Below, one piece after another: positions 35,822-48,142 of a DNA stretch of 64,000 bases; position 1 is the first letter of the stretch; each line of letters opens with the position of its first letter. Source of the DNA: Centroscyllium fabricii (lineage: Eukaryota); contig JBNRSN020000003.1 of assembly GCA_051313645.2 (NCBI GenBank), positions 422,034,001 through 422,098,000 of the forward strand, given 5' to 3'. The notes below the pieces were generated by a model that saw only the letters and a program-made list of their open reading frames with translations, was not told the origin of the DNA and made no database searches. The position numbers and the translations under genes were made by a program.

Positions 35822-38237
35822 TCCTTAATCCCAGTAGTTTAAGTCTCTCTGATCAGCATTCATCTTAGATTTGCTGCCATTGCTCTTTAGACAGATGTTC
35901 CTATGAGGACCTAATGTAAGAAAATTTCACAGGCTAGTGGAAATGGGGCATTAAGGAATACTGGTAAAGGTGACTAGTAAATAAAATGTCTCAACACAAT
36001 GTATACCCTTATTCATTTTGCATTTTAAAATCTTTAACTCATCCACTAGCTCAGTGAATTAGTGCCGGTTCTTTCAGTTTGACAAGCACTTTGTGCAGTC
36101 AGGTGATGTGAATGATATTTCAAACACACTTTATATATTTATATATTAACACTGTCCGTTGTGTTTAACAAATGAAACAGCTTAAAAAAACAATTTTGCA
36201 TATGGTTTTCCCAAAAGAAAAAAAAAGTCAGAGGTAATCGATCACTTAGTCATCAAGAAAGCCTACATAACAGGAAGCAAGTCGCTTTCACTCCAAGTGT
36301 GACATTTCCTGGCGCTAGGCTGTCGGCTAGAGCCAGTATTAAAAGCCTGCTGTCACTTGCTGTGAATTATACATTATTTGAATCCCTGGCATTTCATCTA
36401 TTTTTCACTCTGAAATGAAATCAAGCACATGCTACAGTACATCAGGCAAAGAATGTAAATGTTAACACCTGTGCTGAACATCGCAGTGAAAATCACCCTC
36501 ATGTATATAAAAAAATTCATAACAGCAACTAAATGTGTGCTGAACTTAGTACACAACTTCCTGTATGACAATCACATCATCTCCATTAATACAATCGTGA
36601 TTTCAAAGGTTTAAAAGATCTCCATTAAACTGGTATGTTAAACCCTTCATAAATCAAGATGTCACTGACCGAGCTGGCCGGGTGTATTCAGTAAGTTTAC
36701 TGAAGAATTGCAAATTCTACACAACCTAATCTTTAAGCATTGAAGCAGGACAGTAATTGTTCCGCAATAAGTGCTTCTCAGTTTGGAACATGTATTTCTA
36801 GTACAGAAAATGTTGGAAAACAGGGAATTTCTTGACCATTATTACATCACTATGTCAGAAGCAGTATCGCATGCTTCGAAAACTAGATGATTTGCTTGCA
36901 ACTAGTACTAGGAACTCTGTAGAACCGGAAGGATAAAAGCATTTATAGTAAATTTAAAATCATAACTTCTTGTTAATAAACCTTTTAAGGAAGCTTGTAA
37001 TACATACTATTTTCCAAACTCTTCGTATGAGGTTTCTAGCTTACAAGGCATCATGCCAATAGGGTGCACAGCACTCAAAATGTAACCTCCGTAGACTACA
37101 AACATATAGAACTATTTAAGCTTTCAGGTATATTTTCTGTAGAAAAGTCTTGTATTGGAGAATGGGGGTGGGGTGGGGCAAACAAGATAGAAATGTGATA
37201 TGTCAACTGCAACTTAGCAGCCAGAGTCAACAGTTCCCAGGCAAGATTAATGTTTGTAAATACAGGTGCACTGTAACACTATCGATTCAGCAAGAGTGGG
37301 TAGTATTAGAGCCTCTAACATAACTCGAGTACATGCTGCGTTTATCACAGAATCTTTCAGTGATGGTTTGGTAATCAAGGGTAGTGCATGCAACCATCAG
37401 CCATCTTCTCAAATACACACTGGGGATTTACTAGAGTCACATTTTTCTGCAATTGTTATTAGTGGAAGATTGCCAGTTTGTCTCCCAGGGACCTCAAGGT
37501 TCAATCAACGGTTTCAGCAAACAGCACTACAAAATTATACCTTCTACAATTTGGGATTAAGAATGTATGCAACAATTAGGGACAATTGGATGATGATATC
37601 AAAAGATTTTTATTTTATTTGCTAGTTTTCTCAGTAAAACAATTTGATGTAAAATAAGCTGCTCTTCCCCATCCATCAACTTGTTTTTTGGATTCATTTG
37701 TACGAAATTTCTGAATATAAAACAAAGGATTTCATAACTCAAGGTTTTCACTCTCAATAGAGATACCTTACCTTCTAAAATCACCATGCCATCAGAGAGA
37801 ATCATGAGTAACCCTGAGGGACACTAACGGCATCATGATGTCACCCAAGCAACTATCCTTTCACATGAAGGGGTGTTCCTCCCTTATCCACCTCCTAAAA
37901 GATTTTCATAACGTGATAATATGGCAGCGAAAAAACCACCACAAAAAACATTTTGCCGACAACTAATCATTTCCAATTGGGCTAAAATTAGGCTGATTGG
38001 AACTTGGCATATGGCGAATCATTCCATTAATTTTTGTTCATTACGCTGCGGTGAAGGGCCTTGGGTCGTTTTCCTACGTTAATTTTAAAATAAAAGAGTA
38101 GGTGGTTAAAAAATAAATAAATAAATAAAGCGCTAGATCAATGCAAGTTATTATTGTGGTTGAAAGCCATACACGGTGCATGTCCTGTGGAACACAAACA
38201 ACTGTCTAATTTTACAACTGATCTCCTCTTACACATC

Positions 38238-38552
38238 AGAAATAAAAACAGAAAATGCTGGAAATATTCAGTGGATCAGGCAGCATCTGTGGAGAGAGAA
38301 ACAGAGTTAATGGTTCAGGTCGATGACTTTCCATCAGAACTGGAAAAAGCTAAGATGGAAAAGGTTTTAAGCAGGTTTTAAGAGGCAGGGAAAGGGGAGG
38401 AAAGAACAAAAGGGAAGGTCTGTGATAGGGTGGAAGGCAGGAGAGATTAAATGACAAAAGTGATGATAGTGCAAGGCAAAAGAAGGTGGTAAAGATACAA
38501 AAGATGGATCTAGAGGAGGTGTAAATGGCAAAGGCAGAATCATTACCAACAG
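38238..38552 (-). mobile_element. Penelope-like 3' terminal remnant
   Basis: Reverse-complement similarity to 9805-9840 plus 10140-10425; decayed hammerhead motif near 38305-38341. Confidence 0.8.
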
Positions 38553-38559
38553 CTGCCCG

Positions 38560-40400
38560 AGAGGGATGAAAGTCAGGCTAAGGGGGACTTCAGATTATAT
38601 CTAAGGATTACTCTAATCTAACATCACATGCAATAAGATTGATCAAACACCATGGTTACTGTTTACCAAACCTGCAATTCTTTTGCTACAAGAACATATA
38701 CAATTTCCAATCGAGATTTAGTAGATACTGCGGATACTTAAGGATGGATGAAACTTCACACAAAGCGAGGCCATTGCCAAGCTTATTGCTGCACGCCTTC
38801 CTGGAACCCACAGTTCCCACCAACAAGTGGGAATCTGCTCCAATAGCCATGTTGTTAGTTTGAACCTCCTCTTCCAATGTTTACCACTCATCTTTACTCC
38901 TTTCATATTCAACAAACCCCACAAGTTTGAGTATTCTGTTCTCCAACTTCACTATTCTCTCCTTCAGGTTCTACGGCTCAGAACGGATTAAATAACTCAA
39001 TACCCATCCTCCTGGACCCACAAAATAGCAGACATAGAATCCCATATTTTCTTAGCAGCTGAGGAAAACAAGAGCTCCTAAACCTTTTGGGGCCAGAATA
39101 TCTCTGGCAGGTGCACGGACGGTCTCAAAAATTTCCGTGTTGAATCTGGGGGAAAGAGGTGGTATGCCTAGGGAATGAAGGGTATAACATTCCCTCATCG
39201 CCTTTCTCAGCCAGATATTCCTAAAAATAAATGCTTTCCTGAGCCAGCAATTGGTAATAATTTGCCCTATGGGTCGAATATGAAACACAAAATTCTCAGC
39301 TAAGCACGCATGTAAAGCAGAATCCCTCGGCTGCAGCCCATATTGATGTCTCCAGGCATATCTCTGTAGACCATAGACAACTCCAATCGTTTAGCAATGA
39401 GCTTTTAAATGATCCAAACTGAAAGGGGAACTGACCATGATGGCACAAAAATCTGCAGTAACTGTTGCACTTACTTTTACCACCTGTTTGTGTACAAATT
39501 TGATCCAATACCCTAGATGCAATGCAATCCTTATCTAACAGATAGATAGATAGATAGAATAAATATGTATAGCTGCTTCCGCCGTTATGATGCTTTTTAG
39601 GTTCTTGTGAAGAATCAGTGCTTCGAAAGTACAGGTGATTTATCATGTATAGTCTGTTTGTATAATACCACTGAGGAACCTTGAACTAGCAGGTACAAAG
39701 GGCATCTTAAATTGTTGCTGGGACTATACCTTATCAGATCTTTTAGAAGCTGGGGCAAATGGACTTAATGTTTCCCACTTCTCAAACTGCCCACATTGTG
39801 ATTGGAAAAAAATCTGTGAAATTAGGTGAATTACAAAAAGGTCCACTGAATCTAGGATGGAGAACCAGTGAGAAGTACTGGGTTGCAGACTCAATTTAGA
39901 GGTAATACAAGCATTTCAGCCATGAAATTAAACATGATTTTAACCTGAGCACAAGGTGGCGGTTTCCTCCTCCTCTTCAGGTATATGGCCTTCACCCTTT
40001 CAGATTCACGTTTGGTGACTTCAGATTCATGGAACTCATTAGCTGACTCAATATTATGAACCAGAAATTTCTGCTGAGATTATTTGAAGACTGAATATGG
40101 TGCATTAATCAACACCAGTGACTTGGGGAACAAGTTGGTCCTACACAGGCTCTGCCAAAAGGGAAGCTAAATCTTGCATGGTTGAAATGATGGAGTTGAA
40201 ACTTTCTTTTGGAGAGCTATAAATCCAACAATCTGCCCCGTGCTTCTTAGAACAGTATCAATGGGAGTTACTATTAGCTAAGGAAGACTCTTGGAATGAT
40301 ATTAGAGGCATGTTGCACCTCTGGTTTGGAGCAAAAAGACACGAGCAGAATGCCTGGCGCCATACTGATTGCAAATGTGCTGGTTGCAGTTTTTCTCCAT
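38560..40400 (-). mobile_element. Possible very old DIRS-like gag/RT fossil
   Basis: Coding-like composition with stops and frameshifts; minus-strand peptides WETLSPFAPASKRSDKV, RNIWLR, WVLSYLI and LEEEVQT..AI loosely recall vertebrate DIRS ORF1 and RT N-terminus. Confidence 0.22.
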
Positions 40401-40402
40401 TT

Positions 40403-40830
40403 AGAAACATAGAAAGATAGAAAATAGGTGCAGGAGTAGACCATTCGGTCCTTCGAGCCTGCACCGCCATTTAATGCGTTCATGGCCGAACATGCTACCT
40501 CAGTACCCCATTCCTGCTTTCTCGCCATACCCCTTGATCTCCCTAGTTGTGAGTATTATATCTAACTCCCTTTTGAATATATTTAGCGAACTGGCCTCAA
40601 CAACCTTCTGTGGCAGAGAATTCCACAGATTCTCCACTCTCTGGGTGAAGAGGTTCCTCCTCATCTCAGTCTTAAATGACCTCCCCTTTATCCTTAGACT
40701 GTGACCCCTGGTTCTAGTCTTCCCTAACATTGGAAACATTCTGCCCGCATCTAACTTGTCTAAACCAGTCAGGATTTTAAATGTATCTATAAGATCCCCC
40801 CTCATTCTTCTGAAATCCAGAGGATACAAG
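40403..40830 (-). mobile_element. CR1 LINE 3' fragment
   Basis: ORF 40500-40829 RRMRGDLIDTFKIL...RTRGHSLRI...FTQRVENLWNSLP plus 3' UTR. Confidence 0.93.
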
Positions 40831-40841
40831 TTCAGTTAAAA

Positions 40842-40971
40842 CACTGTATGCTGCACGCACTGCTTTATGTTGCAAGCATTGTATAAGGCTGCATGCACTG
40901 CATTATGCATACTGCATGCACTGCATTATGTGGCACACACTGCATTATGCTGCACGCACTGGATTATGCTG
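40842..40971. repeat. Degenerate ~19-bp minisatellite (CACTGCATTATGCTGCACG-like, about 6-7 units)
   Basis: Direct tandem repetition visible next to the CR1 5' truncation point. Confidence 0.85.
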
Positions 40972-41372
40972 TTAGATGATGGCATGTTCATCTGTACGTG
41001 GAGGATAAGTGAATAAGGAAAAATAAATCCTTTCCATTCACTTGCATTGTGTAGAGCTCCAAAGCGAAGCATAACATTTCTTGGGAGCAGTTCAATTATA
41101 TTTTAGAGTTTGAGATTTCCTGACATATCTGCAGTATTTACATGCACTAAGGATCAAATCACATATCCTAAACCTGCAAATTTTTCATTAGTTGTACGCA
41201 TCAGGCCAAGTCGGTTGTGCTGGCCAGTTTGTGCTGGCTTCCCCAAAAGGATAAATGAAACCGGACTGTGCTATCACTGTTTAGCAACTCTGCTAGCTGG
41301 CCATTTTTGGTTGACAACTGCCCTGCTGAACATTATGGAATTGCCACATTTGGATTTGGTGATCAATCAATT

Positions 41373-43768
41373 ATAGGAACATAGAAGATAGGAGCAGGAG
41401 TAGGCCATTCGGCCCCTCGAGCCTGCTCCGCCATTCAATGAGATCATGGCTGATCATCCAAATTCAGTACCCTGTCCCTGCCTTCTCCCCATATCCCTTG
41501 ATCCCTTTAGCCTCAAGAAATATATCCAACTCCTTCTTGAATATATTTCATGAATTGGCCTCAATTGCCTTTTGTGGTAGAGAATTCCACAGGTTCACCA
41601 CTCTCTGGATGAAGAAATTCCTCCTCATCTCTGTCCTAAATGGCTTACCCCTTATCTTTAGACTGTGACCCCTGGTTTTGGACTTCCCCGCCATCGGGAA
41701 CATCCTTCCTGCATCTAGTCTGTCCAGTTCTGTTAGAATTTTATAAGTTTTAATGAAATCCCCTCTCATTTCTTTTAAACTCCAGTGAATATAAGTCCAA
41801 TCGACCCAATCTCCCCATATACATCATTCCGGTCATCCCAGGTATCAGCCTGGTGAATCTTCGCTGCATTCCCTCCATGGCAAGAACATCCTTCCTCAGA
41901 TAAGGCGACCAAAACTGCACACAATACTCAAGGTGTGGTCTCACCAAGTCCCTGTACAACTGCAGCAAGACATCCTTGTTCCTGTACTGGAATCCTCTCG
42001 CTATGAAGGCCAACATACCATTTGCCTTCTTCACCGCCTGTTGCACCCGCATGCTTACCATCAGCAACTGGTGCACAAGGACACCCCGGTCTCGTTGCAC
42101 TTCCCCTTCTCCAAATCTATTGCCATTCAGATAATAATCTGCCTTCCTGTTTTTGCCACCAAAGTGGATAACCTTGCATTTATCCACATTATACTGCATC
42201 TGCCATGCATCTGCCCAATCACCGAACCTGTCCAAATCATACTGGAGTTTCTCCTCACAGCACACGCCCACCCAGCTTTGTGTCGTCTGCAAATTTGGAG
42301 ATATTACATCTAGTTCCCTCATCTAGATCATTAATATATATTGTGAATAGCTGGGGTCCAAGCACCGATCCCTGCGGTACCCCACTAGTCACTGCCTGCC
42401 ACTCGGAAAAAGACCCGTTTATTCCAACTCTTTGCTTCCTGTCTGCCAATTAGTTCTCGATCCAAGTCAGTACCTTACCCCCAATCCCATGTGCTTTAAC
42501 TTTACACGGCAATCTCTTATGCGGGACCTTATCGAAAGCCTTCTGAAAGTCCAAATACACCACATCCACTGGTTCTCCCTTATCTATTCTACCAGGTACA
42601 TCCTCAAAAAAATTCCAGTAGATTAGTCAAGCATGATTTACCTTTTGTAAATCCATGTTGAATTTGTCCAATCCTGTCACTGTTTTCCAAGTGCTCTGCT
42701 ATTACATCTTTTATAATGGACTCTAGCATTTTCCCCACTACTGATGTCAGGCTTATAATTTCCCGTTTTCTTTCTACCACCTTTTTTGAATAGTGGTGTT
42801 ACATTAGCTACCCTCCAATCCATGGGAACTGTTCGAGTATATTGAATTTTGGAAGATGACCAGCAAGGCATCTACTATTTCTAGGGCCACTTCCTTAAGT
42901 ACCCTAGGATGTAGATTATCATGCCCTGGGGATTTATCAGCCTTCAATCCCGTCAATTTCCCCAACACCATTTCCCATCAAATACGGATTCCATTCAGTT
43001 CCTCCCTCTCTTTAGACCCTGTGTTCCTGACATCTCTGGGAGGTTATTTGTGTCCTCCTTTGTGAAGACAGAACCAAAATGTGTATTTAATTGGTCTGCC
43101 ATTTCTTTGTTCACCATTATAAATTCCCCTAATTCTGACTGCAAGGGACCTACGCTTGACTTCACCAATCCTTTCCTCTTAACATATCCACCAATCCTTT
43201 CCTCTTAACATATCCACCAATCCTTTTCTCTTAACATATCTATAGAAGCTTTTACAGTCAGTTTTTATGTTCCTGCAAGCTTACTCTCATACTCTATTTT
43301 GCCCCTCTTAATTAATCCATTTGTCCTCCTTTGCTGAATCCTAAACTGCTCCCAATCCTCAGGTTTGCTGCTTTTTCTGGCCAATTTGTATGTCCTCTCC
43401 TTAGATCTTATGCTTTCCCTAATTTCCCTCGTTAGCCACTGCTGAGTCACCTTTTTTGTTTTATTTTTATGCCAAACAGGGATGAACAAATTCTGTAGTT
43501 CATCCATGCGATCTTTAAATGTTTGCCATTGCCTATCCACCGTCAACCCTTTAAGTAACGTTCCCCAATCCATCCTAGCCAACTTGCACCTCATAACATC
43601 GTAGTTTTCTTTATTTAAATTCAGGACCCTAGTCTCAGAGTCAAATACTTCACTCTCCATCTTAATGAAGAATTCTATCATATTATGATCGCTCTGCCAC
43701 AAGGGGCCTCGCACAAGATTGCTAATTAATCCTTTCTCATTACATAATACCCAGTCTAAGATGGCCTG
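41373..43768 (-). mobile_element. CR1 LINE, ~2.4 kb ORF2 remnant (endonuclease end, RT, 3' UTR), frameshifted
   Basis: SDHNMIEF (endonuclease end), [35 protein letters not shown] and [11 protein letters not shown]; internal 26-bp triplication at 43164-43240. Confidence 0.95.
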
Positions 43769-43888
43769 ATTATAGTATCACATGGGGAGTTATCAAAATT
43801 GATCACTTCAACTGAATTTGACTGTAATACACAAAAAGATTCTTACCCAAGATAATCTTAAATAAGATCATATATCCCTGCAGATAAT

Positions 43889-44638
43889 GGCCCGGAAATT
43901 CGGGTCCCAACGCATGAGTACGCGCTGAGTACTCACGCGTAGGCCCAACAAAAGTGCCTGTTTCGTGCATGCACTGCGCATGCGCAGGAAACCAGAACTT
44001 CCATTCCTCTTAAAGCAGAGGTTCAGAAATGGAACGCGTGCGTGGGAGAGGCAGTGCGTGCGCATCGAACTTATGTTTTTTCCCCCCAGGTTTTTCCGGG
44101 AGGGTAAGTCTGCCAAAGTTGCACATGTAAAAAGCAGTCGTAAGGCCTGCTTTTAACAAGCTAAGTGGTGAATTAATTAAAATTAAAACATTTTTTCCAC
44201 AGGGTTTATTATTTTGAAATACTTCAGAGAAAGGTAAGTTTAATTTTAGCCCCGTTAGAAAATGTAATTATTTTTTTCAAAATTTTAATTTTTGTTTAAA
44301 ATAGTTATTTAATGTAATTTATAGTTATTTTTAAAATGTGATTTTTAAAAATTGTGAAGTTTTAGGGATGTTTTGGGGCTTATGGTATTTCGAGTTTTGA
44401 CAGCTCTTCCTGTCACTTTAATGAATGGGCAATTCCTTGCTATCATTGGCTCTCCATGGCCCACGTGATCCCAGGGGATGCATCGCACTAACTGCGCCCC
44501 TGGGATACGCAAGCGCTGCGCGCCGGCAGTTGGAGGAGGCCCAGGATAGGAATCCCACAGATCAACGGCCGGCGCGCTAGGTAAGTGCAGGTTGGAGGCT
44601 TGCACCCGCGGGAAGCCTCCGACCCGAATTTCTGGTCC
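43889..44638 (+). mobile_element. Harbinger-type MITE family D
   Basis: AAT|GGCCCGGAAATTCGGGTC...GACCCGAATTTCTGGTCC|AAT. Confidence 0.88.
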
Positions 44639-45534
44639 AATGTTTTTAGGCTGAGATGACTGCTTTTAAACTGATGAACCCTGACGAGATCACTTTGCCC
44701 TCAAGAGTCACCTCTTAGTTGACCAGTCAAGAGTCTGAGTGTATACTTTGATATATTACACCATTTCTATTTAATACCTTGTAGAATACCTCTCTAACCT
44801 TGAAAATACTTATTAAACAAAATTAAAAAGGAACACTGTCCTCCATTACAGAAGATACTATCTTTTATTAAACACTAGAACATGTATAAATCACCTGTTT
44901 ACATTTCAGTACCAATGCTACTGATTATAACACTAAGGCTGCACTCAACTTTATCTGATCCTATGTTTCTTTTTCATAGTCTAAATGCAAAGAGTTGACA
45001 TATTTATACCTTTGCTTTCAGCACTAGAGTTCGTTAATGCAGTAACAAAGAGCATATACAGTTGTTTATCACTGACCATGTAAAAGTATTCTTACACATG
45101 TAATAGTAAAACCTTTAAAAACCACATAACGTCTGTTCTATGATTTTGCTTTGTTCAATTAAGTGTGTCTTTGGTTCATATGCACATGAAGGTTAAGGTT
45201 AATTGAAGTTGAAGTTACTCTGTACCTTCCTTTTAACAGAGGTGCGTTTGTGAGCATAAAGCATTATTTTTAAACCTAGGGTTAGTGTTAAATTTACAAT
45301 TAGCCGGCTAAATTTGAAATAATAATCCCAGTTTATACTGCAGTTGTCACAAATGTGGATAATTGGAATGTAAAACCAGCTTTAAACCATACAAAGATAA
45401 AGAGCAATGTTAGGCAGTTCAATGGAATAACAGAATGCTGTCCCACATATTTATGAGTTTAATTTTCAACACTGCTTTGCTCCCCATCTCAGTTACATTG
45501 TGGAGAAGCATTTAAATAAAAAAACATAAAACAA

Positions 45535-46283
45535 GGCAAAGGAATACACAATGAATGGTAAGACCCGAGGAAAGACAGAGGATCAGAGGGACCTTGGTGT
45601 GCGTGTACAACAGATCCCTGAAGGCAGCAGGACAGGTGGATAAGGTGGTTAAAAAAGCATATGGGATACTTGCCTTCATTAGCCGAGGTATAGAATACAA
45701 GAGCAGGGAGGTTATGATGGAGCTGTACAAAACGCTGATAAGGCCACAGCTGGAGCAGTGTGTGCAGTTCTGGTCGCCGCACTATAGGAAGGATGCAAAG
45801 GATATTCACCAGGATGTTACCTGGGCTGGAGCACTTCAGCTGTGAAGAAAGACTGGACAGGCTGGGGTTGTTTTCCTTAGAGCAGAGTAGGCTGAGGGGG
45901 TCCTGATTGAGGTGTACAAAATTATGAGGGGCGTAGATAGAAAGGAACTTTTTCCCTCAGTAGAGGGATCAATAACCAAGGGGGTATAGATTCAAGGTAA
46001 GGGGCAGGAGGTTTAGAGGGGATTTGAGGAAGAACTTTTTCACCCAGAGGGTGGTTGGAATCTGGAACTCACTGCCTGAAAGGGTGCTAGAGGCAGGAAC
46101 TCTCACAACATTCAAGAAGCATTTAGATAAGCACTTGAAATGCCATAGCATACAAGGCTACGGACCAAATGCTGGAAAATGGGATTAGAATAGACAGGGT
46201 TTGATGGCCTGCGCGGACGCGATGGGCCGAATGGCCTCTTTCTGTGCTGTATGATTCTATAACTCTATTAATCTATGACTATG
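45535..46283 (+). mobile_element. CR1 LINE 3' fragment flanked by a 144-bp duplication
   Basis: QVDKVVKKAYGILAFISRGIEYKSREVMMELYKTLIRPQLEQCVQFWSPHYRKD; CTATGA-repeat tail. Confidence 0.92.
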
Positions 46284-46389
46284 ACAAAGATAAAGAGCAA
46301 TGTTAGGCAGTTCAATGGAACAACAGAATGCTGTCCCACATATTTGAGTTTAATTGTTAACACTGCTTTGCTCCCCATCTAGTTACATT

Positions 46390-47215
46390 GGGGGGGATTT
46401 TTCCGGAAGGGTGGGAACCTGGCAGGGATTGGTCTGGGTGGCTTCTGGTCCCGCCCGCCCAAACAGCTGGGAAGCCCACGCAATTTTAGTTTAATAAGGT
46501 TGTTAAATCCCCGTCGGCGGGAGCTGGAGGTAATTAGGTCAATCGAGTCGGGCTGCAGCGGAGCTACGAGCAGTTTGATTGACAGTTCCAGCACTTCTTG
46601 TTGTCAGTTCCCATGGCAACACTCCACTGTGACATCACAGTGGAGTGGAGCCAATGGGAAAGGCCAAGTGCTGGTGACTCACAGGTGGGCGGGCGGGCTC
46701 CGAATCCCTCATAGCTTGCACCGGCTGTGAGGACATGGTGAGAACTGAGATTGCTCAGTTTCGGTTCACAGCTGATGCTGAAGCCAGAACAGAGTTACTA
46801 TCTCCTCTAAAGTGCTGGAGGCATGCCAAGCATTTGGCAGCACGTCCTTCACACCTTAAAGGAGAAAGTAATAAATTCAATAAGTTACACAACACCAGGT
46901 TATAGTCCAAAAGTAATAACCAGCGCTGTGCTCCCACTGGGTTTCACCCAGCGGGGTTTAAGGTGGCGGGGTTAGGGCGGAAAACACGGCAAAATGGCTG
47001 AGGGCCCTTAAAATGGCATTAAAGATGCCAATTAAGGGCCCTTAACGAGGTGACAACCCATCCTTGCCGGTCGGCGGCGGGAAGGTTTTGGGGCGGGGAA
47101 TCTGGGCGGGGGAAAATGAGAAAGCGGCGGGGATGGGTGGGACCCGCCGGTTCCGCTATTTTGACGGCCGGGCCGCTCAAAACCCCGCCTCACGGGAACA
47201 TGAAAATCCCCCCCC
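46390..47215. mobile_element. Harbinger-type MITE family C
   Basis: ATT|GGGGGGGATTTT...AAAATCCCCCCC(C)|ATT; empty site preserved at 45491-45510; paralog 17555-18342. Confidence 0.85.
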
Positions 47216-48105
47216 ATTATGGGGAAGCATTTAAATAAAAAACATAAAACAAAAGCAGAGAGATTAATCTCCAAGCTGTCCTTGGGTATCTCCAAATGGC
47301 CTGCAGAAAGCAGCATGATGACGTTTAAGAACAAAGTTCAGTCGCCTACTTCAGTTGTGATGTAGTCTGGGAAACAAAAGAAAAAATAACCTCTCTCTAA
47401 AAAAAGCAAAAAGGGCACCTTTGCCAAAATGAACTTCTGGTTCAGGAGCATAGAATTTCTTGAATTGAGAAATAAAAAGTGCCGAAGGCTACACTGCAGG
47501 ACATTACCAACATTGAAAAGTGCAAGAGACGCCCAGGCAAACCAGGAAATGATGACATCAACACATCAGAGCTTGCGAAGAACAACACACGAGATTGTGC
47601 ATTTTGGAGCGCAGAAGAAACAGAAGGAGAAAGTTCAGAGAAGCAGAAACCAGAGCAGTATTGATAAAACAGAAAAATAATGATTCCGACAAATTGAGGA
47701 ACAGCTTGAAGACTGGAGAAGGAAGAAGGATCACCCATCACATGACAGGTGTGGTATAAATATTGACCAACCTTATTTACATTTCTAACGGAATCAGAGG
47801 CTTCATAATTCTATTATGAACACCAATTAAATGATGAAGATTTTTGTTGTCCTATTCCGAGTGGAAACTGGCTTCAAATGTGATTTCTCCATTTCAGTGG
47901 GTGCATTTGTAAGAAAGAGTTCTTGAGAAAGGAACTTAACTTTGGCAGCAAAGACTAATATATATATCTATACATATCTATATCTATAAATATATATATC
48001 TATAGGTTTTTTTTTCTCTCTCTTTTTTCAATCCACACTTTCGTCTGGACTTTTCTTTTTCTCTTTACTCTGCCAGAGCCGTTCACACCTATTCAGAGCC
48101 ATCCC

Positions 48106-48142
48106 AGTTCTGAAGAAAGGTCATCGACCTGAAACGTTAACT
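48106..48142 (+). ncRNA. Minimal hammerhead ribozyme motif in PLE tail (tail extends to ~48208)
   Basis: AGTT CTGAAGA A AGGTC atc GACCT GAAA CG TT AACT. Confidence 0.65.
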
